From positions 142,537-206,536 of the forward strand of contig JAKMXF010000344.1 in assembly GCA_024704765.1 (NCBI GenBank): 64,000 bases of DNA, in the 5' to 3' direction. Below the pieces are notes generated by a model that ran no database searches, was not told the origin of the DNA, and worked only from the letters and a program-made list of their open reading frames with translations. Shown here piece after piece: positions 1 to 14,169 of this stretch. The position numbers and the translations under genes are program-made. Numbering within the stretch: the stretch's first letter is position 1; each line of letters starts with the position of its first letter. This DNA comes from Oopsacas minuta. Lineage: Eukaryota > Animalia > Porifera.

Positions 1-1225
1 CATATCTTTTTAGTCTATTTTGAAACTTTCATTCATTTATCTCTTCTACTTTCATAAATTAGATAATTTTAGTATACATGCCTTCAAAAATATTTAAATC
101 TAAATCAGATCTCACAAAACTTGATTTTCGAACAATGATTTTGATCTTATTCAAACTACAGAAGACAAGAGTAGAAATCTATGAATCTTTACAGGAACAT
201 TTCCCGGATATAGCTCCTTCTCTAAGTATAGTTGAACGATGGTACAGGGAATTTATTCACGGAAACTTTGTTCTCGAAGATGCTCCTCGTTCACGAAGAC
301 CGAATATTTCACATAATGAAGAAAATGTTAACGAAAGGCTAGATCTAATTACTAAAGATCCTTATATTACGTACGCTCAGTTAGGGTATGAAACCGAGTT
401 ATCATCGGGGACAATTAATATCATTTTGCACAAAGAGCTTTGTGTTAGAAAGTTGAGTGCCCGATGGATCCCCCATTCTTTGAACTTACAGCAAAAATAT
501 CCCGCATAGACTTTTGCAAAATTATGCTCAAAAGGTTTGCTAATGGAAGTTCAAGAGCTGTTTCTGAGATCCCTACAGGTGATGACACATGGATATACCA
601 TTATGATCCAGAAACAGGGCGAATGTCAAAAGAGTGGGTTGAAGAAGATGCCCCACCTCCAACCAAAGTACGGAGGGCTAGATCTGTAGGGAAACAAATG
701 TGGGCGAGTTTTTCAGATCTAGTGAGTTTGTCGAAAAAGTTGCTCTCGAAGATAGAAAGACTGTTACTGCCGACTGGTACACTACAGTGGCCTACCCAAA
801 GTCATCACAGCAATTGCGTCACAGCGGGAGAAGACAGGCATTTGAGGTATTCTTCATCATCATGATAATGCATCATCGCATACGGCAATCAGAACTCGTG
901 AGTTTTTGGAAAATTCTGGACTCAAAACATTACCTCACCCGCCGTAGAGTCCTGATTTAACCCCTTTCCACTTCTGGTTGTTCCCTAGACTCAAAGATCA
1001 ATTATGTGGGAGGAGATTTTCGACTAATGAGGAGTTAAGAGGGGCACTTTGCCAAGCGATTGGGGACATACCCAAAGAAGAGTGGAAAAATGTTTTGATA
1101 ATTGGTTTACCAGAATAAAACAATGTATAGATTATCAAGGAGAGTAATTTGAAAAATGTGAAAGTCAATTTTTTTATTACTATCTGATATATCGGTCAAC
1201 GTCAAAACTTTTCGAGTGCCCTTCG
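1..1225 (+). mobile_element. Mariner (Tc1/mariner) element, frameshifted transposase; left end outside the window
   Basis: ORFs 78-509, 464-865 and 700-960 carry mariner motifs: HTH region, RWIPHSL (WVPHEL-like), TGDDTWIYHYDPE, and a degenerate SPDL.P..FWLFP downstream. Right TIR ...AAACTTTTCGAGTGCCCTTCG is followed by TA at 1226. Confidence 0.85.
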
Positions 1226-2501
1226 TAATTGTACAGGGTCTTAAAATATTATACAAAATACCTATAATGATTAATATTGTGAATGTTGATTATTGTGATT
1301 ATATGCACTTAGCCTTCAGAATTGTTTCCTCACCCTATCCTTAAGCAACTATCAATTCTCCTAAAATTCCATATCCTAGGATTAATCTTTTTAACAAAAA
1401 TATTAATAGTTCATGCAAATATATAATAACTCACAAATGTCTAACTGGCAGGCTAGTAGTGTAGTTCGTTCCTCTTGGTCGTGATTCTTACCAATCAACT
1501 GAATCATTAGTCGTTAAATTATGAACGCCGCTTTTGCCCCAGATTTTCTTTGAAAGTCAGGTGAGGGTAAGGTTAGGTCGTTCCCTTACCATTTGACAAG
1601 CCTAGCCTGTAGTTAACCAAAACTGGACACTCTTCATCTCTCCGAAAAATTAGTCGCTGGAAGCCAGGTCTGGACTATACCTTGGGTGAGGGAGCATTGG
1701 AAATTTTGTTTCTCTCTATGCATAATGAGCATTACATTCCTTAATTTTTTTAACTAACTCGGTTTAAGCATCTCCATTTACCATTACAAAATGTTGATCT
1801 CTTTACGCTTATGTATGTATACAGTGTAGCTTGCCTATGAGCAAGTCGTATTTTCACAAATTTCCTTTGCTTTCCTGCAAACTCCAGTATTAGAAGTATT
1901 GTTCCAGATACAAAATGGTATGTAATTCTTTCAGAACCTTGCTATCAGGCGAATATTACTAATGCTCGAATTGGCGAGAGGCGAACACCACTTTGTATAC
2001 TGCTAACCTCTTTAATTCATGTGAACATTATTAATTAAAGGGGATGGTTAAGGGATGAGTGAAATTTGGTTTCTTAATCCGACGTTGCTACCTGAGTATT
2101 AATTTCCAGTCTGCTTCATATTCATAATTATTCGTGAAATTAGTGAAATTTTTATTCACTATGTTTGTATTCTCTAGATTTTTCTATATATTATTTTGTA
2201 ATTTGAAGTATTCTGCTACAATTATTATTTGTAGTTTTAGTTTCCTCCTACCTTTGCAAACAAGAGAAATCTTTGAGTGTCAATTATATTTATCCTATGT
2301 TAGTATTAAAAGTATCTGTTGTCTTATTAGATTCTTATCATTCCTCACCAATGCTTTGAACTATTTATCTATAATTTGTAAGAATAACAATGAATAATTG
2401 TATCACCCTGTTGGAATTTCAATGTTTATTGTTTTGACACATTTTGACAGTGTTCTTTATCCATTCACTTCTGTTCTCCTAAATATCTCTTTTCCTCTTA
2501 G

Positions 2502-2820
2502 TTTTTCATCCTTGACATTTTGTGAATTATGCGGTCAAGTCTTATGGGGTTTGTTCAGGCAAGGAATGCAATGTGAAGTTTGTGGAGTGACCTGCCATCG
2601 TAGATGTAAATCTGATATGCCTAATTTATGTGGAGTTAATCAAAAATTATTAGCTGAAGCCCTTCTTGTTATTAAGTCCCAGAAGCATTCTACTAAGGGA
2701 AAGAATACAAACGAAGATCAAGAGGAAAATAATATTGATGATAAGGTTATTCGATCTAAAATGCCATTACCTGATCTTCCTCCCCACGACACTGACAACC
2801 GTCAATTCCCTGGATCCAAG
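2502..2820 (+). CDS. PRKCD: Novel PKC (delta/theta type), internal exon: C1B domain plus hinge
   Basis: Translates to (N)FSSLTFCELCGQVLWGLFRQGMQCEVCGVTCHRRCKSDMPNLCGVNQKLLAEAL. This is a C1 Cys/His pattern, and NQKLLAEAL is typical of PKC delta/theta. Acceptor tttcctcttAG ends at 2501 (phase 2); donor AAG|GTAAAT at 2821 (phase 0). Upstream C2/C1A exons were not found in the window. Confidence 0.9.
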
Positions 2821-5800
2821 GTAAATCTGGAATTTTCTTACATTTCCATTTAGAGTGGAAACCGTATATATCAAATGATATTTTGCACAACTTTCCTTTC
2901 TTATATTGAATTTTGCTATTAGGCGCACTAATTACCATTCAAAACCCCACTCTATATCCATGAAAAACATTGCCAATATGGGGTTTACTATAAGACTCAT
3001 TGCTGATGGGCTGTTTCCATTGTATCTTTACTATCTTTGTGGCAGTTCCCTTACTATATCCATACTTTTGACTGCAATATTTATATATTAAGTATAGTTG
3101 AGATCTTCGTAAAACAGGACTTGCAACTCACATGTTTTTCATAAAACCATTGCCAGGGGCGCCTATAGGCATCCGCACTATAGGCATAAGCATATATTGA
3201 ATTTATTAGTTCAATTATCGCTGGGGTGAGCAGCCTACTTCCTATTGGCTATAGTCTGGCCCGCCAGCCACACCAGTAATTACTATATAATTGCTATCAA
3301 ACATAAATCTGCCGAAATACAAACTATGGTCTCAAAGATACCAAATTTGACTTAAATTCTATTACAGACCCACAACTTATTAGTCTCTTAGCTAAAATGC
3401 CTGAATAACCTCCACATATTTCTCACTCGCTCTACTAACTCGTCAGAAAGATGTATTTATGCGTTTACAATAACTGCTCTTGCCAGTTGCATATAATGAT
3501 TGCTCATGCTATCCTTCAACATATATGTAATAAAACATATGCTATTTTGTATCAGGCAAAAATATCTTGCGAGGATTCCACCTTTGAAAATACGTCAAAT
3601 TTTTAAGTCTTTCCCTCATTTAATAGTGATGGGGTTATTGCAACTATACATTTATGTATGACCTATTTAAATGTTGCCTGTCAACCTACGAATATCAATC
3701 CATATATGGCGATAATTTGAGGAATGTATACAAACATTTTCCTAGTAAGCATATATCTGTTGAACTTTGCCATTCTTTGATGCCTTGTAGAACTTCAAAT
3801 ATTGCTTGCTTTCATTTCAAAGTTAAATTAAGAAATGATCTAAGGACTTTTTCACAAAATATACCAAAATTTGTTACAAATATTTAGATCGTTTATGAGT
3901 AACAGGAGCGACCATGGATAATACGTTTATGGGAATATCCAAATATAACTTGATAATTATTATTGTTAAATAAATATAGCCAGTCATGGCCTACGGTGAT
4001 ACATGCTGCTGAATCATAGTATACAGTCCAGTTTTTGAAGAGTCGATATTTGCAAAGGCAATACTTGTGATAGGCCTTAGGAATGTATTATCAACATATA
4101 TAATTGTATTGTCAAAGTATACATATTTGTCGTCAAATTTGTGATTAGTCATCATCTGATCGCACAGTGTGCTATATTTACTACAACAAGTTCAAATTTT
4201 GAAGCTGTATTTAGACATTGTTTTCAAGATCTATAATGTCTATGTAATTGGCATAGATTATGATGAATTTATGTAGTTAATTCGAAAAATTTCAAAATTG
4301 CATTACCATAGGACACAGGAATGTGATCACATTCCAATCATGTTATCAAAATTCTGCGAATCAACTAATTGATTCATCATAATCTATACCAATTAGATAT
4401 TAGATCTTGAAAACAATTTCTAAATACAGTTTAGAAACTTGCTTTTGTTGCACTAATATAGCACATTCGCGACCTCAAGATAACTAATCATATATTTGAC
4501 CACATACTTGTATACTTTGATACTACGTGGATCAAACGTAATTTCAGTTTATAAGCCTTTACAAATTTCAGCTATTCAAAACTGGGCTCTCATTTTCCCA
4601 TGATTCGGTCGCATGACTGTACATTCTTGAAAGACTTTTACGATTATCGAGTTATATTTCCACATTCGTATAGATGTATTATCCATGTTCGCTCCTGTAA
4701 CTCAAGGAGTAGAGAATTACATGATGACAAATTTTTGATATTTTTTAGAAAAACATCGAAATTACACTTTATAATATTTGACGTTCTACAAGGTATCTGC
4801 GAGGCAAATTTTCACATCTATTCTTACCTGGTAAATATTTTGGGATATTGCTTAATATCTTTAGACATATTTATTGAAATTTGTTGTTCTACGAATATTA
4901 TATACATTTATTCGCAGAAGAATGCTAATGATGAAACTAGAAACAAACGAATAAACGAACTGATAACTAATACAAAGTAGACAACTCTTTTTAGAAACGG
5001 TTTATATACACAGGAACCGAAACACTGACAAGAGATATTCCCATTCAAGTACTCAAATTGTGAATTCATTATCTAGACAACACTAGAGTAAAGCCTGATA
5101 CTAATCTATACAAAAATCATTACCGCAGTTTGAATACCCCAATAATCCTTGATCCCAGTAAGAATTTTGAACTAGAATTCCAAATACAACAATTATATTG
5201 TATATATATCACTAATTAATATGATCAAAGCCTACTATAGATAGGTGCTGTTTCATAGTATTGTGAGACGTATGGTAGAGTGAGACACTAGCATGAGACA
5301 GCCATGAATATGCTATTAATTATCCAATTGATTTCTTTAGATGCTATAGTAGATAGAGACCATGATCAATTATTTTAGTTCGTTTTTTCATTTGAAATTG
5401 ATAATTTAAATATATCTATAATGAGAATGTACCCAATTTCTTGATTTTCACTTCAGAGCCGTGGATATTGAGAATTACGATCTCATCTGTATATTTTAGG
5501 GCGGTCGAAGCAGAGAATTATTGTAATTAAAACTCTCAGGAGACATCATGGGTTCCGACTGGATCCCAGTACGCATATGGCTGGTTGACATGACATTATT
5601 ATTGCCTTCCCTGACTCAGGAGCATGCATCTGGTTATGATTTTTGGGACCACAATCGGAGGGCTACCACTATATTGAATATCCCGAGTACATTTGTGCCC
5701 CACTCGGACAACGAACTAAAATTTCAAGTCATTGCCAATGGAAATTCTTTACTGTATGTTGTTTGTGCAGTACAGATTCTGGATTAGAAGATCCCAATTC

Positions 5801-6339
5801 AAAAAGTGCTCAGCGGTGCCATTTGGTCCGCCTCTATATTTTTTATGTTAATTAACATACGTACAGTTTGTCCCATTATTATTTAGAATTTTGTTTTCTT
5901 AATCCATTGTCTATATCAATACTATATTTAGTTCTTTTTCTAGACTGTTAGTGCATGTATGTAGATGTTCAAAAATGATTGCGAGTCAGCATGAGTCGAA
6001 TTTTTTACAAATATTGTCCTATGTTAATATCTTTTATGATGTCGTCAAGGTAATCAACATTTTTGACATACTTTCTTAATCAGTGTTTTTTGTTGAAAAT
6101 ATTTGCTCAGCATATTTGTTGTGCCTTATAATGAGAAGAGTATACAGATAAAATTCCTATGGAAGATAAAAGTATACACCCAAGGATATTTCTCAGTTGG
6201 CGTCGCTCTTGCTACAGTGTACAGTGTGAAATCCAAGATCCAGGCTACCGCGTCGATTGGACATTGAACTGGAGGTGGAAGGCCATCTAAACTCGCTCCA
6301 CAAATATGTAGCAGCATTACCCAATAAATTCTATGGAGG

Positions 6340-6680
6340 CCAATTATTTCTCTCAGATTTATGGCTAGCAAATACCGGTCAAAGTCCCGTAAAATACACT
6401 AACTCGTTGTTTGCAAGAATTAGATTACGCCAAGCCAAATCCGACTCCTATTCTAATGTTATCTGAGAAGGAGCGATTGAGAAGGCTTGAATTGTGTCAC
6501 ATAAATTTCGAAATGACCTGGGAAGACACTATCTTCGCTGACGAAGCATCCATCTGGATAAATAAAGGCGAGTTCGTTTGTGGACCAAGAAAGGCAGCAT
6601 CAGGATTGTCCCAACAGTAAAACACGCCCAGGAATACATTTATGTGCAGCATTTTCATCGCCGGGCACCTTCTAATTGTG
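6340..6680 (+). mobile_element. Tc1-like transposase fragment
   Basis: ORF 6411-6620 contains RLRRLELC...WEDTIFADEASIW, resembling the Tc1 R..FC...W..VIFSDE first-Asp motif. Ends are not resolved. Confidence 0.5.
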
Positions 6681-9139
6681 GATTTTCAGGGATAATCATA
6701 CTAATTTTCGTCATTATTTTATCATTTTGACGCTACACGAGGTATACACTTTATATTATGGCCAAGGCATAGGAAAGTAAACGTGCAACTGATGCTGAAT
6801 GAATGTTTTCCGATGGTTCCCTGATCTCCATCATGTTCTAAGCCAGGATCCTCCAGGTGCAGAGCTGGCAACGTTGAGCAATCTTTTATTCCGATGAACG
6901 TTAGGGCGTGTCGGCCGCCTTTGTGGTGATTCTGCTCCTATTCTCGTCTCAAGTGATTATCTAGGAGTGTCAGAACCTCCTCTAGGCGCACGATTTATAT
7001 AAAATGTATTTTAAGAGCTTGTAAATTGAGGATCTTTCCCTATACCGTAATGATAATTCCATATTTAGACTTATGGCAATTCAGGAAGTGGAGTGCTAAG
7101 AGCGTGCTTAGGATACGCTGAATAACCCCTGTTTATACTATATCAGAAACTGAGAATAGAACTATTCAAAACTTCATAGCTACTTTGCTATTTGAATAGG
7201 AGCCCGATCGAAATATATAATACATGTTCTCCCTGTGGGGTATCGGATAATCTATAAAATCTCAGACTCTGCCTTTTGACTAAATGCATATTTCATGCCC
7301 ATATTTAGATTGTTGAACACTTATGATGTGTCTAGAGGTCAAGTGTTGTTAATCGAGGGTCACTATAAGGGTATCAACTGTTCCTCTTCAATTTTTTATC
7401 TGAGAAGATATGTTTTTCTTACTAATTCACAATGTGACTCATTTCCAAAATTCTTTCTTTCTTTCGATTAGAAATTACTGACGTCTGGATTTTCGAGTTA
7501 TGACCACCTTTTGTACCTCCTAAATATGACCGTAATCTGCGATACCTTAAATTCTTCAGCAAATATACCTAATATTAGCATCCTTCATTAAAAATTGGCA
7601 AAGCTATTCACTTTTGGCATTTCTAGACATTTTGAGAAATTTTAACTTTTGTAAGGTCAAAATTTCGAAAATATTTCGACTTCGTTCTATCTGCGCTTGT
7701 TTTTCTGCCTCAGGCCTTAGCTTCAAACACAGAGTTATTTTCTTTAAAGGTTGTAATCAATACATTTCAATTTCTCATAACTTCACACCGACGTAACTTT
7801 GGAATTTTTGGTGCTACAGGTTCATAGCCAGTTTCTTTGGATATGCCCTGTTGCATAGATTTCCTAGACATCTGAATAGAAAGTGTATGTACAAGGTGTT
7901 CGGGTAATCGTGGATGTACCATATTGAGATTTCGGCTACAGGTTCACAGTTGCTCCAATATTTGTAACATATTGTATAGGATTTCTTTCAACCTTCTCCC
8001 TTGCCTTGATTGAACTCCATCGTTAAATCAGATGTTTCCGAATCTAGTGGATGTAATTGACGCTGGTCCGTTCATACAAATGACTGCGAGATCTATGCAA
8101 CAGGCCTAACAATTTCTTATTTTCATGCACTTATAGTTTCCTCATGGGATTAAACTTTTTGCATAAATGTGCTCAACTGGGATTTTTCCTAGCTTTTAAA
8201 AATTTATTATATCAATGAGCACAGTTCAGTAATAAGTATCCAAAATAAAATACTAACACAATGAAAGACTATTTCCAGCCAAATTCACCGAAAAATGTCC
8301 CAATTAGCCGTTTTAGGGAAACATATGCCTATGGGCGAGTTTTAAAAAAGTTATTTGGAAAAAGATACTTCTCCGTTCTCTATTAACTGAATACTTGCAG
8401 TAATTGTGTCATTTTATGACTTCAAAAGGTGCTGAAATCTCGATTTAGGTGCAAAATTTGTTAAAACGAGTTGGTAAAATTCACTTGTTCCATTTTGGTA
8501 CGACGATGCCTCTCGGTCATTATCGGTTGATATGTACACTCTGACATTCCTCTGGTTTTTCGTATTAACAAAGTCCTCTGCAATATTATAATCTTTACTA
8601 ATAGTTTAGTCAAGGTATGTGCCATCTCATCCGTGTTCAAAGGGGTTATCAGGCCTAATTAGGTTAAGAACCACTGCTCGACTGTATTTATGATTAAATA
8701 ATTTTGTTAAGAGTTATCATATCAAATTGGATTAGATGTGTATTGAAGTCTGCTATTTCCTGCGAATTGACTATACTGATTGGGCAAAAGCTTTTAAGAT
8801 TCTTAAGTTATATTTGAATATGATTCAATTGTGTAATCCATGCTATCTACTCACAAGAATTAGCCAACTTTGTAATTTCATTTTTATTTTTTGTTTTAAA
8901 GTATTTATAGATCATTTATTGTGTTCACTTTGTTATGGAAGTTGCTAATTTGGCATTCTACAAAGCCACATATTTATTTATTAATTTTTATCCAAATAAA
9001 CGCTTAATAGACACATTTTCCACATTCCTGAGATATTAACATGCTTGAAAATTTGTTCTACATAACCGTAATACATGTATTCTGTCAAAATGAGTAGTTT
9101 CTGTTTAGAATAGAAACTATTAACAAATACTTGGTTCGG

Positions 9140-9900
9140 CTCATGTATCCATAGTCCAAAATCTTAAATTTCTTATGGGGCCTTAGGTATAATATGCCTT
9201 GATAATTTTCCCACCTTAACTACCCATTTCGTTTCTTGTCTTTGAACAATGTTCACACTCCGCTTCTGATGCTATCCTGGCATTTCTAGTTCTAGTTAAT
9301 GTGTGACATCATAGCTCACAAGAAGTATTTCTACGCCCAAAGTGCAACTATCTGACATTTCTAGTTCTTAAGTGTTCCTTAATGAGTGAATATTTTAGTC
9401 CACCCTCCTTCTATTTGTATGTCAGTAATTTTCCTCTTCACAAAAATCCCTTTAATCATTTCAAGTTATGATTTGTATGCGACATCATTTGGGCTACCTC
9501 AATGCGGTAAATTTTTAGCTTCATTTCAAATGTTTTCTGATCGTTCTTTCTATTTATTTTTCTAATTTATAATGGGCATCCTCCCTGTATATTTCTAGCA
9601 ATTCCTTTAGATTTTGGTTCCCATTCATTCCACTCTATTGAATTTTGCATCCTAAAATTATGCTCTACAAAAATCAATGAAAAAATGTATTACCAGTTGA
9701 CAATATCCATGCCAACTACCTTCGAAAGGCATAAAGAGGATAATGTAAGTGTCACCTCTCTCAGAATTTGTTGTACCACTGTTTCAATTATCGCATTTTT
9801 AGTATATTTAACAAAATTTCCTTCGATTTTGTCAGTCCTGTTTTCTTTGAATGACCCAGTGGATATTACTCGTATTTGAAAAGTTTGTGGTAATGATTCG
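9140..9900 (-). mobile_element. Possible RTE-like LINE 3' remnant
   Basis: Minus strand shows a degenerate YGYMSR (W/YGH..R-like) motif in a purine-rich, Lys/Arg-coding stretch; heavily decayed. Confidence 0.25.
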
Positions 9901-10025
9901 TTACTACTATAAGTTCATGAAATCTTTCGAGTTGTATTTTGGGAAATTTCATTAACACATGAATGTTCCTGAAATAATTTTTAGCTTCTTTGTCTTCGAC
10001 TTCGTCATTATTTGGGCTTTTCTAG

Positions 10026-10622
<597 letters not shown>

Positions 10623-10801
10623 TGATGTTCTTATTCTATTCTTTTTCTTGCCCACATGTCACATTCCAAACCGTTCATAATATGTATGCTATCTAAATAG
10701 CTTGTCAATATTAGTACTTATTTCACTGAGTTGACTTAGGTTACTGTGGGAAATATTCGTACCTTAATGTTAAAATTTTATTATTACTCCAGAATCGATA
10801 A

Positions 10802-10947
10802 CAGAGGCGTGGCTAGTTTTTCATCTTTGAAGTTGCCACTGGAGTTGTTATCAAACCTTATAGTAACGAGATTGGGTATATCCCTAGTAATTCAAGGGTT
10901 GCTGACAGTAACATAGGGTTGCCTGCAACCCTATAGCCACGCCTATG
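10802..10947. mobile_element. hAT-type MITE
   Basis: Inverted ends CAGAGGCGTGGCTAG ... ATAGCCACGCCTATG; 8-bp flanks ATCGATAA / GTCGATAC match at 6 of 8 positions. Confidence 0.6.
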
Positions 10948-12399
10948 GTCGATACTATTATGCTTAGCCCAACCCTAGGTCCTTCTCGGGGATAAGCTTC
11001 ATATTACTCAATGTGTCTACCCATAGCATTCTATATACTAGGGCAATTATGGTCCATTGTACTTTGGGACCAGGGACAGCGATATTTAGTAATGAATTAT
11101 TTCCTATATTATCACAATTTTACTGGCTGTTGAATTTCAAACCATATTATAATTCGGTTAAACAAGGGGTTATTAGACTTTGAACAAATTTTGTACCATT
11201 TTCTTGTATAATTTTTCTACCAAGGGCTCTGCAAAAATTATTTTATAATTTATTTTAAATCAAATGATGATTTTAGATTGATTTTTCGCAGAAATTAGTT
11301 GATTTGATCATTGATCTTATCTATCACACTTCTTAAATGATTTGATTTAATTTTATTTCAAAACCACTTATCTGCTCATTTTGTATATTCTTTAAACTAG
11401 TTTCGTACCAGTTTGAAGAATCTCTGCTCACTCTGATCCGATAAACGGATAAAGTTTATTTATTTGTATTCAAATACCGTTAATCCGTTATGTAGGTATT
11501 TGAATTCATTTTGGCATTTATTATTTCACTCGATGATTATCCTTATTCCATTTGGTCGAATTATGGTCATTATTTTACTCTTGAGTCTGTGGCCTACAAT
11601 AGGTATATTTCCTCTATGGGAAGTTGACTATTTGTTCACTGATATTATTTTTCAAATGTTCATTTAATGCATGTAACAATACTAAGATCTGCAGGATATC
11701 CGCTCCATCCTAGTTGACCAAATGGGAATATGTACCAAAGTACTCTTATGTATCCTGTGTACTACTCATGAGGATGTTTTGTATGTGTATTTTGAGCCTT
11801 AAAAGTTATTTCTTATTTGAGCAATTATACGTCTACAGTAACCAGGCATAATTATCTGAACACAACTGAATATACCGATATATATCTTGTGGCTATACAG
11901 TGAATATTTAATATGCATACCATAATACACGTGAAAGAACCATTGACAGTGTTACTTAATATTATCCTCACCAAACCCTGAAAATTGGTATAATTACGTA
12001 TTTCTATCCACACTCTGATCATTGAATAGATATAAGCTAATTGAATATTTAATTCCAATTGCACAAAATTCAAAGAGATGGAACCTTTCAAATACCATAT
12101 TTGAATTCTACGGGTCAATTTTACCCTAGTATTAATATTTTGAAAGGTGTACAGCTAATCATATTGACTGATGTTCCTTGTACAGATGATGTTTAGATGA
12201 ATGTCAAGATGTTTTGATATTGATTAAAAGAAATACCTACGCTCAATGCGCTGCGCAAGTACAATATCAAAGGCCACCAAGACCTGAGTGGTACGTCGTG
12301 TTTTATCGCTATTGATGGCTGTTCTTATAAAACACATCGTAGCGTTTTAATGTAGGCGTAATGGCGATCCTGAAGCATTTAGTAATATGAAGAGGCACT

Positions 12400-13500
12400 T
12401 TCTGACACAAAGTATATAAAGTGCGGTGGAAGATTTTCAAATTGGCTTAGGTTACAAAATATAATACACCCCACACTTAAATAATACTTTATGCATGAAA
12501 TCCATTCCGAATCAAGGATGTCGAGAAAGTGGATCCAAGTAAACTTGATGACAATTTTTGATATCTCCAGAATTTCCACTTTCCATTGTAGATTAACTAG
12601 AATTGGTAACATTTTGCCACACTTAGAGTCCCATATATACTGTCTCAGGCAAGTGAAACTTAGAATTCTATTCTCCAGGGAAAATACATACAAAGCAACA
12701 AAGACATAAATGATAACCTCGCGGAAAGTAATACATATCACTGAGTTGGTTTGATTGTTTTAGTAGGAGAATTAATAGCATGTTTGGGATCAGTATTAAT
12801 TATGTGGATCCTCAAGGTGTGTTACAACTTTTCTCATTGCTATTAATCTATTTAATGGCTTATACACCGCAAAAATAGGTTACTAAATTCATATTAGAGT
12901 TGATTTATGAGTAGAATATTACACAGAATATTATTATAATTTCTAATGACTCTGCTTCGAATATCGTCAAGGCATTCGCTAGCAACTTTGAGGATTCATT
13001 TCTTGATGAGGTTTATAATGATTTGGAAATTCAAAGTAAAATTCTGAGATTGAACAAATTGAGCCTGACCTCCTGAATAATGTAGTTAACTGTTGTTGAT
13101 GGTTGCTTAAGTGAATATCTTTTGACATCATCTGAGGCGCGCATCCCTATTACAATTATGGAATCCTTGCTTTTGCCAGATTCCCCTATAGGCAGTGAAA
13201 GAATTAGGCAACCTCATTAAGTACAAATAGTACTGTAAATCAGATAATTTCCAAGACAAGGAGACTTGTTAACTCAGCCAAGAAGTCAGCTAGAGTTTGT
13301 CAGTTACTTCTCTAGGCCAAAACAAGTCTATCAGCTATGAATGATACAAGGTGGAACTGTATATATCTGATGTTACAATCAATAATTAAAGAATAAGATG
13401 ATGGGAGTCTAGATGAAATTGACCAGGCTTGTGCAAAGACCTGAAGAATGACACCTGAATTAAAAAGATCAAATGATACGAGCAATGGAAGTACATTGCG
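12400..13500 (-). mobile_element. Degenerate CR1/L2-like LINE reverse transcriptase remnant
   Basis: Minus strand gives broken motifs in the expected order: KQGF (QxGF), NALTI (KAFDTI-like), TP*GS (PQGS-like) and LGSTF. There are many stops and indels. Confidence 0.35.
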
Positions 13501-14169
13501 CTTATATCGCGCATGGAATATAAACAATTCGTGACTGGACAATTTGTTACAGATGCATTATAATCAATTTCTTATCAACTGTGATGAGCGTTTATTCATT
13601 TAACTAATCTCCTACTTATCATATTGTAAAAACCATAAATTTTGAATCGATATTGTATTCATATTATAAAGTATTATCTAATAAATTTGTGTAAGACGTG
13701 AATAAATACTGATTGAATGATAATAATAATAAGTATATTCTGCTCTGTTTTTGAAACTTTGGAAATGTTACAATTTTGAATGGACAAATGAATCTACTTT
13801 TGAATGAACAATCGACACACTTCCATGCGATACAAATAAACAATGTAAATTCAGTACATTCAAGATATTCCAAATTTAGCATATTTGTGCTCCATGCTCG
13901 ATCGCTTGCACCATTCCTATTACCACCGCTGAACGATGAGAGGTTGGGAAATTTAGGTACATTGTCTATTAGCAGGGAAATGACTTCCTAATTAGATATG
14001 GAAGACGTCGTTAAACAATTCTTTCAGTTATCTAATCGTAGAATTGTACTATAGTATAGCTCTGTGGCAGATACATTTAAATCAATGTGTGCCCTCCTGA
14101 AATTTCTCTAAGCCTCCAGAGCCCCCCTGACAATAAGTCCTGGCGCCGCTACTGCCTGACAGCTCCTCT

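Noticed and set aside
2398-2501. Hydrophobic N-terminus of ORF 2398-2853, and similar extensions of ORFs 10056-10625 and 31134-31652
   Set aside because: These are intronic read-through beyond the clear splice sites.
5490-5835. Possible PIF/Harbinger remnant (GGCGG ends, WLVD text)
   Set aside because: The terminal match is too short and the motifs too degenerate to support a call.
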